The notes below the pieces were generated by a model that saw only the letters and a program-made list of their open reading frames with translations, had not been told where the DNA came from and ran no database searches. A stretch of 64,000 nt of DNA from an uncultured Clostridium sp. (GTDB lineage: Bacteria > Bacillota > Clostridia > Christensenellales > CAG-138). Location: NCBI GenBank assembly GCA_964392455.1, contig CAYMPG010000004.1, positions 7,537-71,536 on the forward strand, given 5' to 3'. The position numbers and the translations under genes are program-made. Shown piece after piece: positions 1 through 9,257 of the stretch (the stretch's first letter is position 1; the number at the start of each line of letters is the position of its first letter).

Positions 1-444
1 AGTAACCCCTGAGGTAAGGGGATACACAGGCAGTATGCCGGGAAGCTGAGGGTATACAGCAGGGTTTACCAGCTTTACTCCCCTGCTCCTGTCCACCCGC
101 CCGCAGGCGACTATCTTCTCCCCCATGGAAAGGCTGCCCTTGCGATAGGGCTGATTATACCAGGTGAGGGTTATCTCCCCGCTCTGATCGTACGCCCGGG
201 CGGTGGTAATATCCAGCCCACGGCGTATGCGGGCAAGCTTTGGCTCGGTACACACCGTAAGCTCAAAGGCCCCCTCATCCCCATGCCGTGCCCCCATTAT
301 ATAGGTGGGGTGGGAATAATCCCTATGGCCACGGGGAAAGAAATATAAAATATCCTTCAGCGAAAAAAGGCCCAGCCTGCCGAGAGCCTCGGCTTTGCGT
401 GGGCCTATGCCTTTTAATGAAGTTATAGGGTCATTTGGCGTCAT
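1..444 (-). CDS. recG: ATP-dependent DNA helicase RecG, N-terminal part (continues beyond window start)
   Basis: Own translation of the minus strand from ATG at 444..442 gives MTPNDPITSLKGIGPRKAEALGRLGLFSLKDILYFFPRGHRDY..., a typical RecG N-terminus. ATGA overlap with the stop of the upstream DAK2 gene. Conserved asp23-yloV-recG order. Absent from the ORF track because there is no stop inside the window. Confidence 0.8.
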   Translation of the reverse strand, partial: MTPNDPITSLKGIGPRKAEALGRLGLFSLKDILYFFPRGHRDYSHPTYIMGARHGDEGAFELTVCTEPKLARIRRGLDITTARAYDQSGEITLTWYNQPYRKGSLSMGEKIVACGRVDRSRGVKLVNPAVYPQLPGILPVYPLTSGVT

Positions 445-2096
445 TCCACAGAGATGTAATAATAATATAATGGCTGGCCGCCGGGGCACAATACCACCTC
501 TGCATCCGGCAGCTTTTGCTGCACAGCCTCGCACATGGCTTCGGCATCCTCATCGGATACATCCTCGCCATAATACAGGGTTATCATGGCCTCCTCATTA
601 TCCTGTGCCATGGTCTCCACAAGGCTCAGCGTAGCTTCCTCGACTGTCTTGCCAACGGCAGATATGGCGTTATCCATAAGGCCGATAATATCATCCTTCT
701 GGATGGTAAGGCCATTATAGGAGGTATCCCTTACGGCGTAGGTCACAGCGCCGGATTTTACTGATGCAGCAGCCTTTTCCATGCGCTTTGCATTTATATC
801 GGGGGTATTTTCGCAGGCGTATGCCATTGCCGCTGCCACGCCCTGCACCATGGTGCGGGTGGGTATGACGATAACGTTTCTATCGGAAAGCTGGGCTGCC
901 TGCTGGGCTGCCATTATTATATTGGGATTATTGGGCAGCACGAATACATTGCGTGCATTTACCTTGCGGATGGCCTTTTCGATGGTATCTATGCTGGGGT
1001 TCATGGTCTGGCCGCCGGATATTATGCCGGCAACGCCAAGGCCAGTAAATTCTGCATCCATGCCATCGCCGCAGCTGACCGCCACCATGGCGCACTCCAC
1101 TTCGTTCTTTTTGATGTTTTCCTGTATGGTACGGTTCTGCTCGCGCATGTTCTCGATCTTGACCTTGTCAATCTCGCCAAGGCACAGGGCAAGCTGCAGA
1201 GCCTTACCGGGCATATTGGTATGCACGTGTATCTTGATGAAGCCGCTGTCATGGGCCACCACCACGGAATCGCCTATCTTCATCAGCTTATCCCGGAATT
1301 TCTCCAGGTCATCCTCTGAGAAGGATTCCACAAGGTGTATCACAAAAAACTCGGTGCAATAGCCAAACTTTATATCGTTTATATCTTCGATGGTAAGGGC
1401 ATCCTCCTCAGCGGCAGGGGCCTCCACGGCCTCCACATAATCCTCCACTGCGTCCCCATCCATAACCATCTTAAAGCCACGGAATATGGTAATAAGCCCC
1501 TTGCCGCCGCTATCCACAACGCCAGCCTCCTTGAGCACGGGCAGCAGCTCAGGGGTGAGCTTCAGGGCTTCCTCGCCGCTTTCCATCATCACGTCTATCA
1601 GGCCGAATACATTTGCGCCCTGATTGAACTCGCCCTCCACCGCAGTGCTTATCATGCGGGATACGGTAAGTATGGTGCCTTCCTTGGGCTTCATTACTGC
1701 CTTGTAGGCGGCATCGGTACCCATCCGCAGCGCCGTTGTCAGCAGCTCCGCATCCATTTCCTCCCGGCCATCAAGGGCACGGGCCATGCCGCGGAATATC
1801 TGGGACAGTATAACGCCGCTGTTTCCCCTGGCGCCCTTAAGTGCGCCCAATGAGGCGGCAGCAGCTATCTTGCCCACGTTTGCCCCCTCAGGGCAGGCCT
1901 TTATCTCACGGGCAGCAGACTGCATGGTCATGGACATATTGGTGCCCGTATCTCCGTCAGGCACAGGGAATACATTGAGCGAATCGATATACGCCTTGTT
2001 TTTTTCCAGCAGAGCAGCGCCTGCAAGGAACATATCCTTTAGGAGCGCACCGTTTATTGTAGTACTATTCAAATCATTTCCTCCAGTGCATAACAA
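441..2096 (-). CDS. yloV: DAK2 domain-containing protein (YloV family)
   Basis: 551-aa ORF with the N-terminal DAK2 motif FPVPDGDTGTNM. Position between asp23 and recG as in other Firmicutes. Confidence 0.9.
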   Translation of the reverse strand: MLCTGGNDLNSTTINGALLKDMFLAGAALLEKNKAYIDSLNVFPVPDGDTGTNMSMTMQSAAREIKACPEGANVGKIAAAASLGALKGARGNSGVILSQIFRGMARALDGREEMDAELLTTALRMGTDAAYKAVMKPKEGTILTVSRMISTAVEGEFNQGANVFGLIDVMMESGEEALKLTPELLPVLKEAGVVDSGGKGLITIFRGFKMVMDGDAVEDYVEAVEAPAAEEDALTIEDINDIKFGYCTEFFVIHLVESFSEDDLEKFRDKLMKIGDSVVVAHDSGFIKIHVHTNMPGKALQLALCLGEIDKVKIENMREQNRTIQENIKKNEVECAMVAVSCGDGMDAEFTGLGVAGIISGGQTMNPSIDTIEKAIRKVNARNVFVLPNNPNIIMAAQQAAQLSDRNVIVIPTRTMVQGVAAAMAYACENTPDINAKRMEKAAASVKSGAVTYAVRDTSYNGLTIQKDDIIGLMDNAISAVGKTVEEATLSLVETMAQDNEEAMITLYYGEDVSDEDAEAMCEAVQQKLPDAEVVLCPGGQPLYYYYISVE

Positions 2097-2113
2097 AGGG
2101 AGCTATCCCCAGG

Positions 2114-2473
2114 CTATGCATTTATGCTCTCTACGTGTATGTTCACATTTGCAACCTTGATGCCGGTGCTCTCCTGCACCCTGTAGCGCACATTGTCTAT
2201 CATATTCTTGGCTACAACAGGCAGAGATACGCCAAACACCATGGTAACATACAGGTCTATATCCACCTGCTCGCCGCCCTCTATGAAAGTGACCTTTACT
2301 CCGCGCTTTTTGTTTGAATCATTGCCCACTATCTTCAGCAGGGCATCGGTGGCGGTCTTTGCGCTCATGCCTACCACGCCGTAGTTTTCGGTTGCCGCAT
2401 AACCGGCGATATTGGCGACTATATCCTCGCTGATGGTTACTTTTCCAAATTCGTTATTGATAATTCCCGGCAT
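2114..2473 (-). CDS. Asp23/Gls24 family envelope stress protein
   Basis: 119-aa ORF; KVTISEDIVANIAGYAATENYGVVGM is typical of the Asp23 family. Sits directly upstream of yloV. Confidence 0.9.
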   Translation of the reverse strand: MPGIINNEFGKVTISEDIVANIAGYAATENYGVVGMSAKTATDALLKIVGNDSNKKRGVKVTFIEGGEQVDIDLYVTMVFGVSLPVVAKNMIDNVRYRVQESTGIKVANVNIHVESINA

Positions 2474-2665
2474 TTGGAAGACCTCCTTCTAAAAATTACA
2501 ATAATAATGCTTATACATTGTACCCTAAAAGCCCGTCTTGTGCAAGGAATACCGCCCCCATATCCTGCCCATGCTGCAAATCTTTACAATAAAAGCCCAG
2601 AAATGACACAAAATAAGGGCAGCACACCGCCGCCCTTATTACTATGCGCCTCAGGCTCGGCCCTA

Positions 2666-3229
2666 TCACAGGCCCAGCACATCGGCTATTGCAGTCATTT
2701 CCTCCAGCGCCACATCTATAAGGTCATCCAGCGTAAGGCCGGTATGAACTATGGCGTTCATATACTCCCTGTTTGCCCCGGCAGCAAAGCGTGCCTCATT
2801 AAAGCGCTTTACTACGGATTTGTGCTTTACGCTGGCAATGCGCTTATCCGGATATATCTGCGCTACGGACTTGCAGAAGCCGCTCATGGGGTCTGCTGCA
2901 AGGAGGGCATATTCTATGGTGGTGGCTGCCTTTTTCCCGTTAAGGGGGTTATGGGCAAGTATTGCGCCCTCAAGCACAGGGTCCTCAATGCCGTTTTCCC
3001 TGAGCAGCTTTACGCTGGTAGGGCCATGCACCTCAGGATGATTGCGCCAATCGCACTGCTCCTCGTCCAAATCGTGAAGCAGGCCCGCTATGCCCCAGTA
3101 TTCCACCTCATCCGGAGCGAGCCTCTTTGCAAGGCCTCTCATTATGGCCTCCACCGCATAGGAATGCTGACGGTAGCTCTGGCCCTCCATGTACTTGTGC
3201 AGAAGTTCATACGCCTGTTCCCTGTTCAT
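2666..3229 (-). CDS. HD domain-containing phosphohydrolase
   Basis: 187 aa with an H..HD signature (GIAGLLHDLDEEQ) and a second His cluster (AILAHNP). Confidence 0.75.
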   Translation of the reverse strand: MNREQAYELLHKYMEGQSYRQHSYAVEAIMRGLAKRLAPDEVEYWGIAGLLHDLDEEQCDWRNHPEVHGPTSVKLLRENGIEDPVLEGAILAHNPLNGKKAATTIEYALLAADPMSGFCKSVAQIYPDKRIASVKHKSVVKRFNEARFAAGANREYMNAIVHTGLTLDDLIDVALEEMTAIADVLGL

Positions 3230-3260
3230 GGTAATTCTCCTTGTATATTGTTAATTTGGG

Positions 3261-4493
3261 TTAAAATACACGCTTTCCGTGGCTGAAGTTGCGATTGGCC
3301 CAATCTGACCAGCTGCTTATTACCACCTTGCCCGCCGATGAGGAGGCGTGGATATACTTGCTGCCGCCCAGCCATATGCCGGTATGGCTTATGGTAGCGC
3401 TGGAATCGCTGCGGAAAAACAGCAGATCTCCCGGCTGAAGGTCACTGGTGGAATATATGGTTTCCCAGCTATCTATCTTGGCGTAGTTTTTGGCGCTCAT
3501 GCGGCCCACCTTTACGCCGTTTGCATTCAGGCTGTAGTGTACAAGGCCGCTGCAATCAAAGCTGTTTGGCCCCTCATCGCCCAGCACATAGGGCTTGCCC
3601 TGCTGCGCCTTGGCAGTGGCGATAAACCCGCTCACGTCTCCCGTGGCCGCCGCCACGCTGCCGCCGCCGCTCTCCTGATTTGTGGGAGGTGCGGTCTTGG
3701 TGGTGCCCACGCCGGGATTGGTAGCAGGCCTGGCTGTGGCCTTTGGGGTGGGCCTGGGGGTGGTTTTTGGCTTTGGGGTGGGGGTAGGAGTTGGGTCCAC
3801 CTTTGGCCTTGCGTTATTTGAATATAGCAGGTCTGCCGTGTCCATGTCCATTATGCCGGTGGCATCCATTTTGTTTCGGGTCTGAAAGGAAGAAAGGGCC
3901 CTTGCCGTGGCAACGCCAAAGTAGCCGTTTTTCTTTTCCACCTCATAGCCCAGCTCATACAGCCGCTCCTGAAGCGACTCCACGTCCTCTCCCTCATCCC
4001 CCTGCTGCAGGCGGTAATATGCTGCCTGGTCTGAAAAGAGCAGCTCCTGGGTGAGGGGGTCTGCCTCGCCGGTCTCAGTCATATGGTGTATGCGCTGAAA
4101 GCGGCGCAGCGCCGCTGCAACAGGCTCGCCAAAGGTCTCGGTGGGCTCATCCCCGTCGATATAAAACAGCTCCGCAAGGCGCTCCTGTATGCGGGCCACC
4201 ATAGGGTCTGTATTCCCTATTTTCAAAAGGCTGTATTGGGAGGCCTGCTCAGGCTCCTGCTGCACAGGTGCCACAGCGGGCACAGGGGTATCCGAGGGCA
4301 GATGCACCATTTCCTCGGCTATCTTCACCACCACCGGGTCAATGCCCAGTATATCAAAGGATGCGGGTATGATAACAAAGGCTGTCAGCAAGGTGCCCGC
4401 CAGTATAAGCAAGGGTATTCGTATGCGGCGGAAAAAGCTCCTGCGCTGCTCTCTGCTTCGCCGCTCCTTATTGTGGGTGATATTATTATCCAT
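3261..4493 (-). CDS. NlpC/P60 family peptidoglycan endopeptidase with PG-binding repeats and a Pro/Thr linker
   Basis: Start moved to MDNNITH (ATG 4493), followed by a TM anchor. Two PG_binding_1-like repeats (LQERLAELFY, LQERLYELGY). PTPTPTPKPK linker. C-terminal NlpC/P60 core (FDCSGLVHY ... ISHTGIWLG). Confidence 0.85.
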   Translation of the reverse strand: MDNNITHNKERRSREQRRSFFRRIRIPLLILAGTLLTAFVIIPASFDILGIDPVVVKIAEEMVHLPSDTPVPAVAPVQQEPEQASQYSLLKIGNTDPMVARIQERLAELFYIDGDEPTETFGEPVAAALRRFQRIHHMTETGEADPLTQELLFSDQAAYYRLQQGDEGEDVESLQERLYELGYEVEKKNGYFGVATARALSSFQTRNKMDATGIMDMDTADLLYSNNARPKVDPTPTPTPKPKTTPRPTPKATARPATNPGVGTTKTAPPTNQESGGGSVAAATGDVSGFIATAKAQQGKPYVLGDEGPNSFDCSGLVHYSLNANGVKVGRMSAKNYAKIDSWETIYSTSDLQPGDLLFFRSDSSATISHTGIWLGGSKYIHASSSAGKVVISSWSDWANRNFSHGKRVF

Positions 4494-4655
4494 GATAAGT
4501 ATTATAACCCATATTGCCGCATTTTGTCTATTGAGCAGGCCAGCATACCCGGCATGGAATATGTGCTGCAAAATCCCTCCCCAATTATGGCGCAGAGGAC
4601 GGATTTGCTGTATAATAAATAGTTAGCAAATACCAAGCAAAGGAACTCTTTTACC

Positions 4656-6572
4656 ATGGCACTGATAGCCGCCAGCGGCATAAGCAAGGCATATTCATCC
4701 CGTCTGCTGTTTGACGGGGTAAGTTTTGAAATAGCCCCCCGGGACAGGGTGGGCCTGGTTGGGGTCAATGGCTGCGGCAAGACCACCCTTTTCCGTATAC
4801 TCACCGGGGAGGAAGCGCCGGACTCCGGCACCATAATGAAGCACCGGGAGGCACGGCTGGGCTTTATGCGGCAGAATGTGGAAAACACCTCAGCCACATT
4901 GTATCAGTCCGCCATGGAGGCCTTTGATGAGCTTATACGCATGGAAGGGGAACTTGAGGCCATCGCCTCCAGAATATCCTCAGGTGATGGGGATATTTCT
5001 ACCCTCATCGCCCGCCAGCAATCCCTTAATGAAAGGTATCAGCGTGAAGGCGGCCTCACCTTCCGCAGCAGGGTACGCAGCACCCTTATGGGGCTGGGCT
5101 TTACCGAGGCAGAGCTTGATAAGCCCCTGTCAGATATGAGCGGCGGCCAGCGGAACAAGGCCCAGCTTGCAAAGATGCTGCTCTCCGGGGCGGAGCTTCT
5201 GCTGCTGGATGAGCCCACCAACCATCTGGATATTCAAAGCGTCACCTGGCTTGAGGATTTCCTCAGGGGCTATCCCAATGCCTTTATAGTTATTTCCCAC
5301 GATCGCTATTTTCTGGACAGGGTAACAAACCGCACCCTGGAAATCAAAAACGGCAAGCTGTTTTCCTCAAATGGTGGCTATTCCCGCCACATAGAGCTGA
5401 TGAGCTCAAATAATGAGATACTCAGGCGCCATTACCTTAACCAGAAAAAGGAGATACGCCGCCTTGAGGGCGTGGTGGAGCAGCAGCGCCGCTGGGGACA
5501 GGCCCATAACTTTATCACCGCCGCCGCCAAGCAAAAGCAGATAGACAGGCTCAAGGCCGAGCTGGTGGAGCCCGAGCAGGACACCGCCTCCATACATTTC
5601 CGCTTTACCGCCAACGAAACCGGCGGCAACGATGTGCTGATGGTGGAAAGCGTTGCAAAGGCATACGATAAGCCTGTATTCTCCGGCGCATCCATGCATA
5701 TACGCAAGGGGGAGCGTGTATTTCTGCTGGGGCCCAATGGCTGCGGCAAGACCACCCTCATGAAAATAATAATGGGCCGGGAGGCTGCCGACCATGGCAC
5801 GGTGCGCCTTGGGGCAAAGGTGCAGCCCGGCTATTACGAGCAGACCATGACCTCCCTCGACCCTGACAGCACCGCCCTTGAGGAAATACACGACACCTAC
5901 CCCAAAATGGACCTTACGGACGTGCGTACCGCCCTTGCAGCCTTCCTGATACGGGGCGATGACGTATTCAAGCAGATAGGCTCCCTCTCAGGCGGAGAAA
6001 AGGCCCGGGTGCAGCTATTGAAGCTGATGCTGTCCGGCGCAAACCTGCTGCTACTGGATGAACCCACAAACCACCTTGATATATCCTCAAGGGAGGCGCT
6101 GGAAAACGCACTGGATGAATACGACGGCACCATGCTTATCGTCACCCACGACCGATACCTTGTAAACCGGCTGGCAGACAGGGTGCTTTATATGGATAAT
6201 GATGGCCTTACAGAATATATCGGCGGCTATGACGACTATCTTGAGGCCTCCGAGCGGCGGGTAAAGGAAGAGGTGCAGGCCGCACCACAGCCTGAAAAGC
6301 AAAACAGCTACAAGGCCCAAAAAGAGCGCCAGAGCCTTATAAACAGGGCAAGCGGCCAGGTGCGCCGTGCAGAAGAACGCATAAACGAAGCCGAAGCAAG
6401 GCTTGAGGAGCTGCATACCCAGCTTGCATCGCCGGAAATAGCCGCAGACTATGTGCAGTCTGCAAGGCTTGCGGCAGAGGCAGAGGCCCAGCAGCAGGCC
6501 ATAGATGAGCTTTATGCCCAATGGGAGCAGGCCCAGCAAGCCCTGGACCAGCTCACAGCAGATCAGCAGTAA
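4656..6572 (+). CDS. ABC-F family ATPase (two ABC domains, no TMD; translation-factor type)
   Basis: 638 aa with two Walker A sites (GVNGCGKTT, GPNGCGKTT), two LSGG signatures, an inter-domain linker and a coiled-coil C-terminal tail. Confidence 0.9.
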   Translation: MALIAASGISKAYSSRLLFDGVSFEIAPRDRVGLVGVNGCGKTTLFRILTGEEAPDSGTIMKHREARLGFMRQNVENTSATLYQSAMEAFDELIRMEGELEAIASRISSGDGDISTLIARQQSLNERYQREGGLTFRSRVRSTLMGLGFTEAELDKPLSDMSGGQRNKAQLAKMLLSGAELLLLDEPTNHLDIQSVTWLEDFLRGYPNAFIVISHDRYFLDRVTNRTLEIKNGKLFSSNGGYSRHIELMSSNNEILRRHYLNQKKEIRRLEGVVEQQRRWGQAHNFITAAAKQKQIDRLKAELVEPEQDTASIHFRFTANETGGNDVLMVESVAKAYDKPVFSGASMHIRKGERVFLLGPNGCGKTTLMKIIMGREAADHGTVRLGAKVQPGYYEQTMTSLDPDSTALEEIHDTYPKMDLTDVRTALAAFLIRGDDVFKQIGSLSGGEKARVQLLKLMLSGANLLLLDEPTNHLDISSREALENALDEYDGTMLIVTHDRYLVNRLADRVLYMDNDGLTEYIGGYDDYLEASERRVKEEVQAAPQPEKQNSYKAQKERQSLINRASGQVRRAEERINEAEARLEELHTQLASPEIAADYVQSARLAAEAEAQQQAIDELYAQWEQAQQALDQLTADQQ

Positions 6573-6586
6573 CGGCAAATACGCAA

Positions 6587-6626
6587 ATATCCTCCGTATG
6601 TAATAATCATACGGAGGATATTTTTC
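6587..6626. terminator. bidirectional intrinsic terminator between ABC-F and LysR genes
   Basis: 14-bp stem ATATCCTCCGTATG / CATACGGAGGATAT with loop TAATAAT, flanked by A-run and T-run. Confidence 0.7.
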
Positions 6627-6688
6627 TGTTGCCGGCAGAATATCTGCGCCTGTCAAACCACGTGCATTTCTCAGGGCTTCTTTGCCCT

Positions 6689-7579
6689 TCAGCTTTCCGC
6701 AGGCGCTATGGAATACTGCTCCATGAATTTTACAAATTCCCTCTCCCAGGTGCTGAGTCCCTTATCCCGATAGCCCAGGCCGTATCTGTAGGTGATATCC
6801 GGCTTAAGAGGAACCGGGCGCAGCCCTTTATCCGGGTGATTTCGCAGCAGCTCCTCTGCCTGAAGGCATATCCCCATGCCGGACAGGGCAAAATCCACGC
6901 ACCCAAGGGACGTACCCTCGTAAATGATATTTGATTCTATATCCAGCGCCCTGAACTGATTGCGTATCAGCCTTGAAAACATGGAGCTCCTGTCCGGCAG
7001 CAGCAGGCTCTCCCCTGCCAGCTCCCTAAGGTCTATATATTCCGCATTGGCTTTGGGATGGGAATTGGGCAGCACTGCCGCAATGCGGCTCTCAGCCGTT
7101 GGGATAAAGGAAAACTCCGGCTGCTCGTTTGTTGGCACTATGACCGTAATAAGGTTTATCTGCCTGCTTTCAAAAAGGGCATACAGCTCCTTATCCTCGC
7201 ACTCCATGGCGTTTATAATGCAATCCGGATGCTGCCTTCTGAAGCCTATCAGGTAAAAAGGCACGCTGTAATATTGCAGATTATGCACCGTGCCAATGGT
7301 AAAGGAGGAGGCCATCCTGCGCTTAAAGTTGCTCAGCACCTGCTCAAAGCCCCCCTGCTCCCTGCATATGCTCTGGGCATAGGGAAGATAAAGCCTGCCA
7401 AGCTCGCTGAGCTGCACCCGCCTGGTGGTTCTGTCAAACAGCTCCCCTCCCAGCTCCCGCTCCAGCGCCCTTATATGCTTTGACAGCACGGATTGGGAAA
7501 TAAACAGCTCGTCCGCAGCCTCGCTGAAGCTCTTTCTCTGGGCCAGCAGCACAAATTCCGAAATGTGGCGAATATCCAT
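6689..7579 (-). CDS. LysR family transcriptional regulator
   Basis: 296 aa with an N-terminal HTH (FSEAADELFISQSVLSKHIRALE) and a LysR substrate-binding fold. Divergent from the oxidoreductase pair. Confidence 0.9.
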   Translation of the reverse strand: MDIRHISEFVLLAQRKSFSEAADELFISQSVLSKHIRALERELGGELFDRTTRRVQLSELGRLYLPYAQSICREQGGFEQVLSNFKRRMASSFTIGTVHNLQYYSVPFYLIGFRRQHPDCIINAMECEDKELYALFESRQINLITVIVPTNEQPEFSFIPTAESRIAAVLPNSHPKANAEYIDLRELAGESLLLPDRSSMFSRLIRNQFRALDIESNIIYEGTSLGCVDFALSGMGICLQAEELLRNHPDKGLRPVPLKPDITYRYGLGYRDKGLSTWEREFVKFMEQYSIAPAES

Positions 7580-7693
7580 CCCGTCCCCCTCATTTAGTCC
7601 TGTTTGGAATAAATTATACTTCCTTTAGAATTGTTGCACAAGGGCGATAGTGATATATTTAACATATCTGATAACCATGAGAGGAGACTGTCT

Positions 7694-9256
7694 ATGAGCA
7701 AATTTGATGCCGTGGTCATTGGTGCCGGTACCGGTGGCCTTTCCGCAGCGCTTACCCTTGCATCTGCCGGCAAAAAGACGCTTCTGCTCGAGCAGCACAA
7801 CCTGCCCGGCGGATGCTCCACCAGCTTTATCCGTGGCCGATTTGAATTTGATGCATCGCTCCATGAATACTGCGCCATCGGCTCCCACGAGGAATGGGGC
7901 CTGCCCGGCAAGCTTATGATGGAGGACTACAAGCTCAATATCAACTGGCTCACGGTGCCTGAGCTTTATCGCTGCATAGGTACTACCCGCAGCGGCAAGC
8001 ATTTTGACCTGACGCTCCCCGTGGGCGAGGAAAACCTCATCAATAAAATGGAGGAGGCCGTACCCGGCTCCCGTCAGCCCATGGAGGTTTTCTTCCAGCT
8101 TGCCCACGAATGTTCTGATGCATACGATTACTTCAATGACCGCCTGGATAAGGTGGACAGCAAGGGCTACACCCTGGTGGACGAAGGCTACTTTATGAAA
8201 ACCTTCCCAAATTTTCTCCGTGTGGCAGAATACCCCTTCAATAGGGTGCTCCGCAAGATACACATGCCTGAGGACGCCATAGATATACTTAACGTATACT
8301 GGACCTATATCGGCATGGATTACGAGCGCCTCAGCTTTGTACATATGGCCTGGATGTTCCTTATGTATACCAAGCTCAAGCCCGCCATTTGCCAGTACAA
8401 CGCCCACGGCATGACTGTGGCCGGAATAGAGCGCTTCCGCGAGCTGGGCGGCGAGCTGTGGCTGAATGTTGCGGCAAATAAGGTAGTATCCGATGACAAT
8501 GGCAGGATAATAGGCGTGGACACCACAGCGGGCTTCGTTGAGACCAATTACGTTATCGCCAACGTTAACCCCCAGACCGCCTACACAAAGCTGCTGGATG
8601 AGCGCATAAAGGTGCCTGAAAGGGAGATACGCCGGGCCAATGCCGAAAAGCACGGCGTTCGCTTCTTCAATGCCTACGTTGCCCTTAATAAGAACGTGGA
8701 GGAGCTGGGCATAAAGGATTATACCATCTTCATGCCGGGCGCACTGGATACCCTTAAGAATTACGAATCCTCCAAGCATTACGAGGGCAATGACCACAGC
8801 GTGGTGGTCATCTACAACGTGGTAAACCCGGAGGCCTCTCCCAAGGGCACCACGGTAATGACCTTTACCATCACCTACACGGAGGACGTGTGGGGTGACT
8901 TTACCCAGCGTGAATACGTGAAGAAAAAACAGGAGCTTTTCCGCAGGGTCATGGATAACTTTGAAAAGGATACCGGCATAATCATCCACGACTGCATCGA
9001 GGAAATAGAGCTGGCCTCCCCCTGGACCTTTGCCCACTACCTCCATACGCCTCAGGGTACCACCTACGGCTATGAATGTAACGACTGGAATACCATGGTA
9101 TCCCGCATGATGAGCCTTAAGAAGGATCAGCCCATCCACGGCTTTAAGACCTGCGGCGCATCCGGCGCACGGGGCGACGGCTACAGCCAGACCTACCTGA
9201 ACGGAAACGACATGGCACGGCTGCTTCTGGAAGACATGGAGAAGGAGGGTAAGTGA
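7694..9256 (+). CDS. NAD(P)/FAD-dependent oxidoreductase, phytoene desaturase (CrtI)/RetSat-like
   Basis: Start set at MSKFDAVVIGAGTGGLSAAL (ATG 7694, GAGGAG RBS at 7681). Rossmann GxGxxG plus LEQHNLPGGC, and about 520 aa length, are typical of CrtI/RetSat-type saturases. Confidence 0.8.
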   Translation: MSKFDAVVIGAGTGGLSAALTLASAGKKTLLLEQHNLPGGCSTSFIRGRFEFDASLHEYCAIGSHEEWGLPGKLMMEDYKLNINWLTVPELYRCIGTTRSGKHFDLTLPVGEENLINKMEEAVPGSRQPMEVFFQLAHECSDAYDYFNDRLDKVDSKGYTLVDEGYFMKTFPNFLRVAEYPFNRVLRKIHMPEDAIDILNVYWTYIGMDYERLSFVHMAWMFLMYTKLKPAICQYNAHGMTVAGIERFRELGGELWLNVAANKVVSDDNGRIIGVDTTAGFVETNYVIANVNPQTAYTKLLDERIKVPEREIRRANAEKHGVRFFNAYVALNKNVEELGIKDYTIFMPGALDTLKNYESSKHYEGNDHSVVVIYNVVNPEASPKGTTVMTFTITYTEDVWGDFTQREYVKKKQELFRRVMDNFEKDTGIIIHDCIEEIELASPWTFAHYLHTPQGTTYGYECNDWNTMVSRMMSLKKDQPIHGFKTCGASGARGDGYSQTYLNGNDMARLLLEDMEKEGK

Positions 9257-9257
9257 T

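Noticed and set aside
395-1362. Plus-strand ORFs 395..634, 516..764 and 781..1362 at the window start
   Set aside because: They are antisense or out of frame to the well-supported yloV gene and have no homology-like motifs.
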